Assembly (NCBI GenBank): GCA_003482855.1
Contig: DMXO01000006.1
Span: 15,052 to 79,051 of the forward strand
Origin: Candidatus Magasanikiibacteriota bacterium
GTDB taxonomy: Bacteria > Patescibacteriota > Patescibacteriia > Magasanikbacterales > UBA922
Length of the DNA stretch: 64,000 nucleotides
Direction: 5' to 3'
Shown: in pieces, positions 1 through 10,345 of the stretch
Layout of the letters: each line of letters starts with the position of its first letter
Numbering within the stretch: position 1 is the first letter of the stretch
The notes under the pieces: model-generated
Database searches by the model: none
Told to the model about the DNA's origin: nothing
Seen by the model: only the letters and a program-made list of their open reading frames with translations
Translations under genes and position numbers: made by a program

Positions 1-298
1 AAAATAACAAAACCGTACTTTCTGGAATAGAATTGCGTTTTATGCGATCAAAAATGTCCTCTTGCAATTCCTTCTTTCCGGTCGATGACAACAAATTCTC
101 AAGGACAACCATCCTACGCTCTGCCAAAAAAGGGCTTGCTGAAATTTGCTGTAATACCACACCTGCTTCTTCCTTTTCTGCATCAACCACAACAACATTT
201 AGACCTTGTGGATCACGATCTATCTTAAATTTTTCAATCATCTTTTTGAGTTGTTGCCGGCTGCGAAATGTGTCAGGACCGTAGAGATATATAAGCAT
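1..298 (-). CDS. holA: DNA polymerase III delta subunit (HolA-like), N-terminal part; gene continues beyond left edge of window
   Basis: Minus-strand frame starting at ATG 298..296 reads MLIYLYGPDTFRSRQQLKKMIEKF...IFDRIKRNSIPESTVLLF with no stop to position 1. The LYGxD...LLF N-terminus resembles clamp-loader delta subunits. Absent from the ORF track because it is truncated by the window edge. Confidence 0.5.
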   Translation of the reverse strand, partial: MLIYLYGPDTFRSRQQLKKMIEKFKIDRDPQGLNVVVVDAEKEEAGVVLQQISASPFLAERRMVVLENLLSSTGKKELQEDIFDRIKRNSIPESTVLLF

Positions 299-395
299 AA
301 AAAGTTATTAACGTCTGTAGTGTACAATAAATTCTATACCATCGCAATGTATCCCTATACGCACAATAATTGATATATGCTATAATTACAAACAT

Positions 396-797
396 ATGGA
401 TACACACACAGAAAAAAAAGATGAACACCCAGTCACTATATACCACAGCCAACTTACCATTGGTCAACGGGCTGCTGACAAAATGACAACATTTTTAGGA
501 AGTTGGACTTTTATTATTTTATTTGGTGTGTTCCTCGTTGCGTGGATGGCAATAAATGTTGTCGCATATAAATTTCGTTGGGATCCATATCCATTTATAC
601 TACTCAACCTTTGTCTTTCGTGCCTAGCTGCGACTCAAGCTCCTGTCATCATGATGAGTCAAAACAGACAGACAGAACGCGATAGACTTACCACAAAATA
701 TGATTATGCGGTCAATAGAAAGGCGGAACGAGAAATACAAAAATTGCAAAAAGATCTCAAAGAAATTAAAAAAATGATCACAGACCTAAAAAAATAA
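396..797 (+). CDS. DUF1003-family small membrane protein
   Basis: 133-aa ORF with two TM helices (GSWTFIILFGVFLVAWMAINVV...PYPFILLNLCLSCLAATQAPVIMMSQNRQ) followed by a charged coiled tail, typical of DUF1003. Confidence 0.65.
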   Translation: MDTHTEKKDEHPVTIYHSQLTIGQRAADKMTTFLGSWTFIILFGVFLVAWMAINVVAYKFRWDPYPFILLNLCLSCLAATQAPVIMMSQNRQTERDRLTTKYDYAVNRKAEREIQKLQKDLKEIKKMITDLKK

Positions 798-846
798 ATC
801 GACCACATATACGGCCGATTTTTTATCACAAATTTCACAATAAAGG

Positions 847-3558
847 CTATTTGATTTTGCCCCAACTCGTCCCTATACCTACATGCACTTCAACTGGCAC
901 ACGCAGCTGAGCCACATGCTCCATTTCTTCTTTTACGATCTTTGCGATATCTTCTGCCCATTTCTTTTTTACCTCGAATACCAATTCATCGTGTACTTGC
1001 AAAATTATTCTCACATTTTTTCGAAATTCTGCATTCTGCATTCTGCATTCTGCATTTATTTTTATCATCGCCATTTTCATAAGATCAGCTGCAGTACCTT
1101 GCACTGGCATATTGATTGCCATACGTTCTCCTGCCAATTTCAATTGATAATTGGGAGACATAAGCTCGGGAATATATCGACGTCTGCCAAATAGCGTTTC
1201 AACATACCCTTCTTTATGTGCAAATTCTAAGGTCGCATCAAGATATTTTTTTACATCTTTAAAACTCTCAAAGTATTTCTTTATGAAATCTTTTGCTTCC
1301 CACTGAGTAATGCCTGTACGAGATGATAAACCAAAAGCTCCCATGCCATACAGTACGCCAAAATTAACTCCTTTTGCAGCGCTACGCATTTCTTTTGTCA
1401 CCTGTTCCAAAGACACACCATTGATAACGGCTGCGGTAGCAGCATGGACATCTTCTCCTCTTTCAAAAATATTAATAAGTTGCTTATCATTGGCCAATGA
1501 AGCCACAATGCGCAGTTCGATTTGAGAATAATCAGCCACAATAAGCATATTCCCTGGTTCAGCAACAAAAGCTTCACGCACTCGACGCCCAAGATCAGTA
1601 CGAATAGGAATATTTTGTAAATTCGGATCAGAACTTGAGAGCCTTCCTGTTGTTGTAACTGCTTGGTTGAAGCTCGTGTGAATACGACCAGTTTTTTTAT
1701 TTACCAATTCGGGCAACACATCTATATATGTGTTACGTAATTTCTCTAATTCACGATAATCTTCTATATATTCAATAACAGGGTGGTATTCACGTAATTT
1801 TTCAAGTTCACTTGACGCTGTCGAGTATCCTGTCTTGCCTTTTTTGATACCTTCTTTTGGAAGACCCATTTTCTCAAACAAAATATCACGCAATTGGACA
1901 GACGACGCAACATTAAATTCTTCCCCGGTTTCTTTCCAAATCTTTTTTTCCAACTTCTTAATTTCAGCATTCACCTCCACAGATAATTCACCCAGTACAT
2001 GTGTATCTATAGCTACTCCATTCAATTCCATCTCTGCAAGTACAGGAATGAGTCCCATTTCTACATCTTGAAACAGACCAAGATCCTCAATACGCTCAAG
2101 CTTCTGCTTGTATATATCGTATATATCCAATACCATCTGCAATTCATCTGCGACAACCTGTGGGTTTACCCCAAACAAACTCCCTTGATCAGAACCTGCC
2201 GGCAGCTCTCTCCCAAGCTCACGCAAAGCAATAGACCCCAGATCATGAGCGCGTGTACTGGAATTTAGTAAGTATGAAGCAACCATGATATCAAACAAGT
2301 GACACTGGGGTGCTTCAGCATTGACATGTTGAAGCACTTTTACTAATTGCTTGATATCATGTCCAACAATTATTTTATTATTGTCTTCAAATATTTTTTG
2401 AATATCCTTTAAATATTCTTTCGATATATAGTATGAATGTTCCCCGGTTACAAAAACTAATCCTATCAGTTCACCATTTAGAACATCTTTCCCATTTAGC
2501 ATTTCTTTACATGCAAAGATATCTGATCTTTCCAAATCTTTTAAAACTTCTTTTATATTTTTATCAGAACACACTATTATTTTGGAAAATTTTTCTTTTC
2601 GAGTAGCCTGCTTGTGTGTTGACTTATCAATCTGCTCGCTACTCGTCCCCGGCAATCGTTTAACCAGAGAATAAAATTCAAATTTTTGAAACAAACCAGT
2701 CAACTTTTCTCGATCGAACTCACCAATCGCACAATTTTCTAGCTTAAAATCTAAATCTGGCACGTCTCTCTTTATCGTCGCCAGTTCCTTGCTCATCTTT
2801 GCATCGCTCTCGCCTTCTTCTAATTTTTTAAGAATGCCTGCCTTGATTTTTTGATCTTTTGATCCCTGCCTGCCGGCAGACAAGGTTTTGATCTCTTCAT
2901 AAATTGCCTCAACCCCTCCGATCTCTGTAATCAACTCCAGTGCTGTCTTCTCTCCAATACCCTTAACTCCGGGGATATTGTCCGACGTATCTCCACGCAA
3001 TGCCTTGTAATCCACAATATATTTTGGTCCAAACCCAAATCGCTCTTCAACCGCTTTCTCATTATATAAATGAAAATCAGACATGCCTTTGCGGAGCAGA
3101 TAGACCTCAGTTTTGTCATCATCAACTAGCTGGAGCAAGTCCATGTCGCCACTCACCACAACACTCGTAATCTTATAATCTTTTAATCTTTTAATCTTTT
3201 CCGTCACTGTCCCAATTACATCATCTGCCTCAAATCCTTTTTTCTCAAAAATAGGTATTCCAAACGCTTCCACAACTTGATGACATAGAGGAATCTGATC
3301 ATAAAGTTCTTGGTCTGCCTTTACCCGAGTCGCCTTATATGCGGTATACAATGTATCCCGAAAAGTGCCTCCGGCTACATCAAAACTTACTGCCATATAA
3401 TCTGGTTTCAAATCAGTGAGAACCTTAAGAAGCATGGATGTAAACCCATATACTGCATTCACCATGGTGCCATCTTTTGCTGTGAGAGGTGGAAGGGCAT
3501 GGTAAGCGCGATGGACTATAGCATTGCCATCTATAATAACAAAGGTTTTTTTATTCAT
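847..3558 (-). CDS. polA: DNA polymerase I (5'-3' exonuclease + 3'-5' exonuclease + polymerase domains)
   Basis: 903-aa ORF. The N-terminal FEN-like domain begins MNKKTFVIIDGNAIVHRAYHAL. Polymerase motifs A-C are present: DYSQIELRI, RRxAKxxNFGxxYG, QVHDELVFE. Confidence 0.95.
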   Translation of the reverse strand: MNKKTFVIIDGNAIVHRAYHALPPLTAKDGTMVNAVYGFTSMLLKVLTDLKPDYMAVSFDVAGGTFRDTLYTAYKATRVKADQELYDQIPLCHQVVEAFGIPIFEKKGFEADDVIGTVTEKIKRLKDYKITSVVVSGDMDLLQLVDDDKTEVYLLRKGMSDFHLYNEKAVEERFGFGPKYIVDYKALRGDTSDNIPGVKGIGEKTALELITEIGGVEAIYEEIKTLSAGRQGSKDQKIKAGILKKLEEGESDAKMSKELATIKRDVPDLDFKLENCAIGEFDREKLTGLFQKFEFYSLVKRLPGTSSEQIDKSTHKQATRKEKFSKIIVCSDKNIKEVLKDLERSDIFACKEMLNGKDVLNGELIGLVFVTGEHSYYISKEYLKDIQKIFEDNNKIIVGHDIKQLVKVLQHVNAEAPQCHLFDIMVASYLLNSSTRAHDLGSIALRELGRELPAGSDQGSLFGVNPQVVADELQMVLDIYDIYKQKLERIEDLGLFQDVEMGLIPVLAEMELNGVAIDTHVLGELSVEVNAEIKKLEKKIWKETGEEFNVASSVQLRDILFEKMGLPKEGIKKGKTGYSTASSELEKLREYHPVIEYIEDYRELEKLRNTYIDVLPELVNKKTGRIHTSFNQAVTTTGRLSSSDPNLQNIPIRTDLGRRVREAFVAEPGNMLIVADYSQIELRIVASLANDKQLINIFERGEDVHAATAAVINGVSLEQVTKEMRSAAKGVNFGVLYGMGAFGLSSRTGITQWEAKDFIKKYFESFKDVKKYLDATLEFAHKEGYVETLFGRRRYIPELMSPNYQLKLAGERMAINMPVQGTAADLMKMAMIKINAECRMQNAEFRKNVRIILQVHDELVFEVKKKWAEDIAKIVKEEMEHVAQLRVPVEVHVGIGTSWGKIK
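1026..1053. repeat. 4 x 7-bp tandem repeat (ATTCTGC) inside the polA coding region
   Basis: Direct reading of attctgcattctgcattctgcattctgc at 1026-1053. It encodes NAECRMQNAEF near the polA C-terminus. Confidence 0.8.
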
Positions 3559-3662
3559 AGTGCTAGTATTGTACCATAAATATAATACTTAATATACTTG
3601 TCACAAGTAACTAAATAGGTGATTTTGACTATACTATTTGTAGTATATCCTCATGAAAAAAC

Positions 3663-3691
3663 ATTGACTTTTCTCACAAAATTCCTTATAA
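3663..3691 (+). promoter_or_regulatory. sigma70-like promoter upstream of hppA (TTGACT-17-TATAAT)
   Basis: TTGACT at 3663-3668, a 17-nt spacer and TATAAT at 3686-3691, about 45 nt upstream of the hppA start. Confidence 0.45.
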
Positions 3692-3736
3692 TCACCACGC
3701 TTATATTATATTTAATAATTTTAATCCATCATCACT

Positions 3737-5725
3737 ATGATGCTCACAATCCTCCTCATTGGCCCAGCGATTTTGGCAATTGCCTATGGCATTTACCTTA
3801 TCAGTTGGATCAACAAGCAACCACAAGGAAACGAACGCATGCAGGCTATCGCGCGCGCTATACAAGAAGGCGCAAAAGCCTATTTGACACGCCAATATAG
3901 ATATATTAGTTATGTTGCCATTGTTGTGTTTTTCCTTCTTGGCTTTGTATTGAGCTGGAATACGGCCTTCGGTTTTCTTGTCGGAGCGATATTTTCTGGT
4001 ATAGCAGGTTTCATAGGTATGACTATTTCGGTTAAAGCCAATGTAAGGACAACCCAAGCCGCGACAAAAGGACTCAAAGCTGCTTTGAATGTTGCGGTAA
4101 AGGGAGGAACAATTACTGGATTACTTGTTGTAGGTCTAGGTCTTCTTGGGGTTTCAGGATTTTATCTCCTCACAAAGGATACCGATGCACTTATTGGCCT
4201 TGCATTTGGAGGAAGTCTTATCTCAATATTCGCCCGTATTGGAGGCGGTATATTTACCAAAGCAGCTGATGTTGGTGCTGATTTAGTTGGTAAAGTAGAA
4301 AAAGGTATTCCAGAAGACGATCCACGTAATCCTGCTGTCATCGCAGATAACGTGGGCGATAATGTAGGTGACTGTGCAGGTATGGCAGCAGACTTATTTG
4401 AAACATATGCTGTCACTGCTGTTGCTGCCATGGTACTCGGAAGTCTTACTTTCAAAGATACAGACGCAGGAATCATATATCCTCTTATGCTCGGAGGAGT
4501 TTCAATTATTGCTTCAATCGCTGGAACCTTCTTCATTAAACTTGGGGCAAAAAAGAAAATCATGGGCGCTTTATACAAAGGTCTTATTGTGTCAGCCCTT
4601 CTTTCACTTGTGGGTTTCTATTTTGTAAGTGCCCACTATTCCGAAGCACTCAAACTTGCTACAAGTGATTTGTTCTGGAGTGCGGTAATTGGTGTTGTAC
4701 TCACCGCAGCCATGGTGTGGATTACCGAATACTATACATCAACCAAATATAAACCGGTGAAACAAATCGCGAAATCAAGTGAGACAGGACATGGTACCAA
4801 TGTTATTACCGGTCTTGCGGTTTCTATGAAAGCGACTGCACTTCCTGTTATTGCCATTGTCATAGGTATTATGCTTGCATTCCACTTTGCCGGTCTTTAT
4901 GGCATTGCTATTGCAGCCATGGCGATGCTTTCTCTCACAGGAATTATCGTTACCATAGATGCGTACGGTCCTATCACCGATAATGCTGGTGGAATTGCTG
5001 AAATGGCAGAATTGGGTGAAGATGTTCGTAACACCACAGATCCACTTGATGCCGTAGGTAACACAACAAAAGCTGTCACCAAAGGATATGCTATTGCGTC
5101 AGCTGGTCTCGCAGCGCTCGTGCTTTTCGCAGACTTCACACACAAATTAGCAGACAGTGGTATTGATACAATATTTAGAATTGATGACCCCAAAGTACTC
5201 GCCGGACTATTTATTGGGGGTCTGCTTCCCTATTTGTTTGGTTCTATGCTCATGCAGTCAGTAGGAAAAGTTGCAGGTAAAGTAGTAGAAGAAGTTCGTA
5301 GACAATTCAAAGAAATAAAAGGAATCATGGAAGGTAATGCAAAACCAGACTATGCACGTTGCGTCGATATTGTCACCAAAGGAGCTATAGGCCAGATGAT
5401 TCTTCCTGCGCTTATCCCTGTTGTTGTACCAATTTTCGTAGGGGTAGTTCTTGGGCCAGCAGCACTTGGTGGGTTGCTTGTAGGAACCATTATTACAGGC
5501 CTCTTCGTTGCAATATCTATGACAACAGGTGGTGGAGCATGGGATAATGCAAAGAAATATATTGAAAATGGTAATTATGGTGGCAAAGGTTCATTTGCTC
5601 ATCAAGCTGCCGTGACCGGTGATACTGTGGGAGATCCATACAAAGATACCGCAGGGCCTGCTATTAACCCAATGATCAAAGTTGCAAACATTGTTGCATT
5701 GCTTATCATTGGTTTGCTGAAGTAA
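3737..5725 (+). CDS. hppA: Membrane-bound proton/sodium-translocating pyrophosphatase
   Basis: 662-aa polytopic protein with the hallmark motifs [19 protein letters not shown] and DNVGDNVGD, and a conserved DPYKDT near the C-terminus. Confidence 0.95.
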   Translation: MMLTILLIGPAILAIAYGIYLISWINKQPQGNERMQAIARAIQEGAKAYLTRQYRYISYVAIVVFFLLGFVLSWNTAFGFLVGAIFSGIAGFIGMTISVKANVRTTQAATKGLKAALNVAVKGGTITGLLVVGLGLLGVSGFYLLTKDTDALIGLAFGGSLISIFARIGGGIFTKAADVGADLVGKVEKGIPEDDPRNPAVIADNVGDNVGDCAGMAADLFETYAVTAVAAMVLGSLTFKDTDAGIIYPLMLGGVSIIASIAGTFFIKLGAKKKIMGALYKGLIVSALLSLVGFYFVSAHYSEALKLATSDLFWSAVIGVVLTAAMVWITEYYTSTKYKPVKQIAKSSETGHGTNVITGLAVSMKATALPVIAIVIGIMLAFHFAGLYGIAIAAMAMLSLTGIIVTIDAYGPITDNAGGIAEMAELGEDVRNTTDPLDAVGNTTKAVTKGYAIASAGLAALVLFADFTHKLADSGIDTIFRIDDPKVLAGLFIGGLLPYLFGSMLMQSVGKVAGKVVEEVRRQFKEIKGIMEGNAKPDYARCVDIVTKGAIGQMILPALIPVVVPIFVGVVLGPAALGGLLVGTIITGLFVAISMTTGGGAWDNAKKYIENGNYGGKGSFAHQAAVTGDTVGDPYKDTAGPAINPMIKVANIVALLIIGLLK

Positions 5726-5749
5726 TTTTAAATTCAAAGTAGATAATAT

Positions 5750-5786
5750 AAAACACTCCCCCAAAACATGGGGGTGTTTTATTTGC
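5750..5786 (+). terminator. Rho-independent terminator after hppA
   Basis: aaaacactcccccaaaacatgggggtgtttt hairpin followed by a T-rich tract. Confidence 0.65.
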
Positions 5787-5892
5787 ATACCACCATTGAC
5801 TTTTTTTAAAAAATAAACTATATTTAGGCAACAAAAAATGTGCTAAATTTGAAAACTTAATCTACTTATCCTATCTAATTTACTTACATAGT

Positions 5893-7212
5893 ATGCACCA
5901 TATACGTAAAAATCTAGACAAATCTCAAGTTGAACTCACTGTCACGGTCACACCAGATGAATATAAAAAACACATGGAACACGCAGCCGCAAGGATCTCT
6001 GATCGTGTTGCTATCAAAGGATTCCGCAAAGGAAAAGCCCCTTATGATCTAGTAAAAAAAGAGGTGGGTGAAATGCAAATACTTCAAGAAGCTTTAGAAA
6101 AAATTATTCAAGAAAGTTTTTATAACGCAATCAAAAAAGAAGATCTGGAAACTATAGGCATGCCTGAGATCAGCGTAGAAAAAACCGCACCAGACAATGA
6201 TGTGGTATACAAAGCAAAAGTTGCCCTACTTCCTAAAGTCAAATTGGCTGATCTATCCACAATAAAAATAAAAAAGACAACAAAACCAATTACGGAAAAA
6301 GAAGTTAACAATGTCATCGACAATCTCACCAAAATGCAAGCAAAAGAGGTGCTAAAAAAAGATAAATCGACCAAAAATGACAAAGTAACCATTGACATGG
6401 ATCTACATTTGGATGGTGTACCGATAGAAGGTGGCCAAGCAAAAGATTATCATGTCTATTTGTCAGAAAATCAACACATACCTGGATTCAACGATGCTCT
6501 TGTGGGGGTCGAGGAAGGTGAAGAAAAAGAATTTTCTCTTCCTTTCCCAGAAAATTACCACAATAAAATGCTTGCAGGAAATACAGGCACTTTCAAAATA
6601 AAAGTGAAAGGAGTGTACGAACGACAATTCCCAGAAGTCACTGACGAATTTGCAAAAACTCTTGGGCAAGAAAATGTAGCAAAACTTCGTGAACTTTTAC
6701 AACATAATTTGGAACATGAGGAAGAACACAAAGCAAACGAACGTGCCGAAATCGAAATTTTTGATGCGCTCATTGAAAAATCAACATTTGATGAGATCCC
6801 TGAGGTCCTCATTAATGCTGAGCGGAAAAAAATGTTTTATGAACTCAAACATGATCTCGAGCGAAATGGTGTCAGTATTGACCAATACTTAAGTGATATA
6901 AAAAAGAAAGAGGACGAACTTTTTGAGGATTTCAAAACGCAAGCAGAAAAAAGAGCAAAAGCAGCTCTCTTATCACGACAAGTCGCTCATGATAACAATA
7001 TCCAAGTAACTGATGCGGAATTCAAACAAGAAATGGATGTTATGGAAACCACATACAAAGACGTGCCTGAATACAAAGAAAACATCAAAAAACCAGAAGT
7101 ACAAGACTCTATTCGCAACATGCTCCTCAATAAGAAAGTTGTTGCATTTTTGAAAGAAAAGGTAATGGAAGGTGAATCTCATACACATGAACACGAGCAT
7201 AACGAAAAATAA
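5893..7212 (+). CDS. tig: Trigger factor (ribosome-associated chaperone/PPIase)
   Basis: 439-aa ORF. N-terminus MHHIRKNLDKSQVELTVTVTPDEYKK...AIKGFRKGKAPYDLVKK is the ribosome-binding domain signature GFRxGxxP. The protein ends in a His-rich tail (THEHEHNEK). Confidence 0.9.
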   Translation: MHHIRKNLDKSQVELTVTVTPDEYKKHMEHAAARISDRVAIKGFRKGKAPYDLVKKEVGEMQILQEALEKIIQESFYNAIKKEDLETIGMPEISVEKTAPDNDVVYKAKVALLPKVKLADLSTIKIKKTTKPITEKEVNNVIDNLTKMQAKEVLKKDKSTKNDKVTIDMDLHLDGVPIEGGQAKDYHVYLSENQHIPGFNDALVGVEEGEEKEFSLPFPENYHNKMLAGNTGTFKIKVKGVYERQFPEVTDEFAKTLGQENVAKLRELLQHNLEHEEEHKANERAEIEIFDALIEKSTFDEIPEVLINAERKKMFYELKHDLERNGVSIDQYLSDIKKKEDELFEDFKTQAEKRAKAALLSRQVAHDNNIQVTDAEFKQEMDVMETTYKDVPEYKENIKKPEVQDSIRNMLLNKKVVAFLKEKVMEGESHTHEHEHNEK

Positions 7213-7311
7213 TTTTGTCTTCTATTAGTCATCTCTAAATATCCTCCGTTCTGTGGGGGATATTTTTAATTAACTTTTATGTTCCTAATAAATTTGTTAC
7301 AATTTGGACAT

Positions 7312-7539
7312 ATGAAAACACTCAGCATACGGGTCCTCCCACGTTCATCGCGAAATGAAATTGTAGGAGAAATGGCAGATGGGACGCTCAAAGTAAAACT
7401 TACCGCGCCTCCAGTGGATGGTAAAGCAAATAGGGCATTAATTGAATTGCTGTCAGAGTATTTTGATGTCCCAAAAAGTAAAATAAAAATCGTGAGAGGA
7501 CTCACGAGCAAAAATAAGATAATAGAAATTAAAAATTAA
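7312..7539 (+). CDS. DUF167 / YggU-family small protein
   Basis: MKTLSIRVLPRSSRNEIVGEMADGTLKVKLTAPPVDGKANRALIELLSEYF matches the UPF0235/YggU pattern (V.P.S....I......L.V....P..GKAN..L). The ORF track starts 33 nt earlier at 7279. Confidence 0.75.
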   Translation: MKTLSIRVLPRSSRNEIVGEMADGTLKVKLTAPPVDGKANRALIELLSEYFDVPKSKIKIVRGLTSKNKIIEIKN

Positions 7540-7575
7540 ATCATTTAAAATTGTTTTCAAATTTCAAATTAAAAA

Positions 7576-7839
7576 TTACTTAGGCAAATCTATTCCACCC
7601 TTACCCCACGGATTACACCGCATAATCCGCCACAGAGCTTTTGGTACTCCCACAATGAGTCCTCTTTTTTTTATTACTTCATACCCATATTGACTACAGG
7701 TAGGATGAAATCGACAATACCCATGAGGAAATTGTGATTTAAACCATCCATGATCAGGAGATAAGGTTTTTTGATATATTTTTATCAAAAAAAGAACCGG
7801 CATACGCGGTATAAAAAATATCTTTTTAAAAATTCGCTT
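7576..7839 (-). CDS. yidD: Membrane protein insertion efficiency factor YidD
   Basis: C-terminal 88 aa (MKRIFKKIF...YQKTLSPDHGWFKSQFPHGYCRFHPTCSQYGYEVIKKRGLIVGVPKALWRIMRCNPWGKGGIDLPK) is a canonical YidD hemolytic domain. The ORF is open to 8025, but that 62-aa extension is low-complexity and contains GC-rich palindromes, so the internal Met is preferred. Confidence 0.75.
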   Translation of the reverse strand, partial: KRIFKKIFFIPRMPVLFLIKIYQKTLSPDHGWFKSQFPHGYCRFHPTCSQYGYEVIKKRGLIVGVPKALWRIMRCNPWGKGGIDLPK

Positions 7840-8029
7840 CATACAGCCATTTTTCGCAATTAATAATATGTCATCCTGAATCCCGATCGGGTCGGGATGA
7901 AGGATCTTTCCTGCCACAAAATTTTTTAGATCAATATATTTTGTTTTTACTAAACCTTCATTAAGAAAGATTCCTCGTCGCCCCGCTATAGCGGGACTCC
8001 TCGGAATGACAGTGGAATTAGCCAAAAAA

Positions 8030-8407
8030 TCAAATTATTAATTTTGCTTTTTTAAATAATGTTGTGATCTCTTGTTCTATAAAAGCATAATCTTTATCCA
8101 AAATACACGACTTTGCAATGACACCAACCAAAAAACCAGATGAGGCCTTATTTTCTTTCAACAAAAGACGTATAACTTCTCTCATTTGTCGCTTTGCTCT
8201 ATTTCTCTTCACTGCACTCTTGTGTACTTTGGTTCCCACTGCAAACCCAATAAGGAGGTCATCCAAAGAATATTTACGACGGGGGTATTTTTCTGGATCA
8301 ATTTTCCAAACTTTCAAAGTGACACATTCACCACCAAAAAAACGCCCTTCATCAAAAAGAATCTGCCAGTCCTTCATATGTTTGAGACGATGTTGTTTTG
8401 GTAACAT
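8030..8407 (-). CDS. rnpA: Ribonuclease P protein component
   Basis: 125 aa with the RNase P protein RNR motif region (AVKRNRAKRQMRE). Located in the rpmH-rnpA-yidD arrangement. Confidence 0.85.
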   Translation of the reverse strand: MLPKQHRLKHMKDWQILFDEGRFFGGECVTLKVWKIDPEKYPRRKYSLDDLLIGFAVGTKVHKSAVKRNRAKRQMREVIRLLLKENKASSGFLVGVIAKSCILDKDYAFIEQEITTLFKKAKLII

Positions 8408-8470
8408 ATATAAGAGTATTATAACACAAAACCTCGAATCAAACGAGGTTTTTTGCTAAATTGAGCCGAT

Positions 8471-8647
8471 TTATCGTGTTTTTCGTGTTCTTTTTCCTTT
8501 TTTCTCGTCACTTACGGTAAGTTTCTTTCTGCCCTTATCCCGGCGTCTTTTGAGTACATCACGGCCATCTTTAGTCTTCATACGTTCACGAAAACCATGA
8601 GCCTTGGCACGTTTACGTTTACTTGGTTGATATGTTCTCTTTGGCAT
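8471..8647 (-). CDS. rpmH: 50S ribosomal protein L34 (with short basic C-terminal extension)
   Basis: [45 protein letters not shown] is near-identical to the L34 consensus. The ORF track extends 4 codons upstream to a GTG at 8659. Confidence 0.85.
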   Translation of the reverse strand: MPKRTYQPSKRKRAKAHGFRERMKTKDGRDVLKRRRDKGRKKLTVSDEKKGKRTRKTR

Positions 8648-8656
8648 ACGTTTATT

Positions 8657-8688
8657 CACTATAGCACTTAAGCACTATAGCACTTAAG
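8657..8688. repeat. Tandem 16-bp direct repeat (cactatagcacttaag x2) in the rpmH/dnaA divergent intergenic region
   Basis: Direct reading; two exact units followed by a partial cacc. Confidence 0.7.
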
Positions 8689-8814
8689 CACCTTCTAATT
8701 ACAGCATTAAAAAGTGAGATAAGTATAATTGAATATGCAAAAAATGTCAAGGGACAATCTTATATAATGATAAAAAATACTATGGTATTTTAATGTTTTT
8801 AGGCTCAAGTGATA

Positions 8815-8844
8815 TGTTATCCCCATCATCCACAGTTTTTCCCC
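8815..8844 (+). promoter_or_regulatory. Cluster of three DnaA-box-like 9-mers immediately upstream of dnaA
   Basis: TTATCCCCA, TCATCCACA and TTTTCCCCA, each within 1-2 mismatches of TTATCCACA. Their position fits a dnaA autoregulatory site or part of oriC. Confidence 0.4.
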
Positions 8845-8959
8845 ACCCTATGCACTTTTGGCTTATTTTAGACTATTTTCCATATTATCTTTATATGATA
8901 AAATGGAAAAACTATCTCGATATTTGTATAATCAACAACAATCAGCCAAATCAAATACT

Positions 8960-10345
8960 ATGACCAATTACGAAATATGGCAAGCTGTACTTGCAGAATT
9001 TGAACTCGAACTCTCCAAAGCAAATTTTACCACATGGTTCAAAAACACCGGTATAGCTCAATATGACAAAGGCCACGTTACCGTGTGCGTGCCAAATGCA
9101 TTTACCAAAAGTTGGTTAGAAAAAAAATATCACTCAAAAATTGTACAAATACTCGAACGTGTCACCGGCAAACCTATCCGCAAGATAGAATACATGGTAG
9201 ACAATATGAAAAACATTCAAGAACAAGAATGCGCCATGACACATGAACCACAAATTTCTTCTCCGTCTACTCCTCTCTATTCACCTCAACGAAAAAATAC
9301 TCTCATCCAACAATTTGGTCTAAATCCAAAATATACATTTGATACATTTGTCGTAGGTAAAGGAAATGAGCTTGCACATGCCGCGGCACAGGCAGTAGCA
9401 CAACGCCCGGGTGATGCCTACAACCCACTATTTATATATGGCGGTGTCGGTTTGGGCAAGACGCATCTTATACAGGCGATTGGTCACACCATGCTTGAGA
9501 CCAATCCTCAAACAAAAATTTTATACGTTTCTTCAGAAAAATTCACCAATGAATTTGTTTCTTCAATAAAAGAAGGAAGAGCTAAAGAATTCAAAGATCG
9601 ATATCGTAATGTTGATCTTCTTTTAATTGATGATATACAATTCATTGGCGGCAAAGAACAAACGCAGGAAGAATTTTTCCATACATTCAATGAATTGCAC
9701 CAGCAAGGTAAACAAGTAGTGATGACAAGTGATCGACCACCAAAAGCAATCCCCGCGCTTGAAGATCGTCTTCGCAGTAGATTTGAATGGGGTATGATAG
9801 CAGACATTTCAGCCCCTGACCTTGAGACACGCATGGCTATTATCCAAAAGAAGGCCCAAGAAAAAAGGTTTGACATAGATGGAAATCTTCTACACCTGAT
9901 AGCAACAAATGTACAAAGCAACATTCGCGAGCTTGAAGGCGCACTCAACAAAATTATTGCATATCATGAACTCAAAAACACAAAACCAAACGAAAGTTCT
10001 ATAAAACAATTACTGTCAAGCTTCGAGGAACAAAATATGCGCAGGTCTCTCACTCCTCGAGAACTCATCAGCCAAGTATCACAGTACTTTGACATCAACG
10101 TTGATGATGTGCTTGGTAAAAGTAGAGAAAAACGTCTTGCTTTCCCCAGACAAATTATCATGTTTCTCATGCGGGAAGAATTGAAACTCTCATATCCAAG
10201 TATTGGCGACGAACTTGGTGGACGAGACCACACGACGGCAATGCACGCACATACCAAAATCTCATCTGAAATAGACCAGGATCTAAAACTAAAACAGGAT
10301 ATGGAAATGATCAAACAACGTTTATATGCAAACAGCATCCAATAA
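8960..10345 (+). CDS. dnaA: Chromosomal replication initiator protein DnaA
   Basis: MTNYEIWQAVLAEFELELSKANFTTWF N-terminus. AAA+ Walker A GGVGLGKTHL, Walker B LLIDDIQF, and a C-terminal DNA-binding domain (HTTAMHAH). The ORF is open from 8858, but 8960 gives the canonical N-terminus. Confidence 0.95.
   Translation: MTNYEIWQAVLAEFELELSKANFTTWFKNTGIAQYDKGHVTVCVPNAFTKSWLEKKYHSKIVQILERVTGKPIRKIEYMVDNMKNIQEQECAMTHEPQISSPSTPLYSPQRKNTLIQQFGLNPKYTFDTFVVGKGNELAHAAAQAVAQRPGDAYNPLFIYGGVGLGKTHLIQAIGHTMLETNPQTKILYVSSEKFTNEFVSSIKEGRAKEFKDRYRNVDLLLIDDIQFIGGKEQTQEEFFHTFNELHQQGKQVVMTSDRPPKAIPALEDRLRSRFEWGMIADISAPDLETRMAIIQKKAQEKRFDIDGNLLHLIATNVQSNIRELEGALNKIIAYHELKNTKPNESSIKQLLSSFEEQNMRRSLTPRELISQVSQYFDINVDDVLGKSREKRLAFPRQIIMFLMREELKLSYPSIGDELGGRDHTTAMHAHTKISSEIDQDLKLKQDMEMIKQRLYANSIQ

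Noticed and set aside
883-1194. 103-aa plus-strand ORF inside polA
   Set aside because: Antisense to a strongly supported polA frame; His/Phe/Cys-rich composition typical of a shadow ORF.
8858-8959. 34-aa N-terminal extension of dnaA in the ORF track
   Set aside because: The canonical DnaA N-terminus (MTNYEIWQAVL) starts at 8960 and the upstream segment overlaps the DnaA-box cluster. Similar N-terminal trimming was applied to tal, epmA, efp, nrdJ, ruvB, rluB and miaA.
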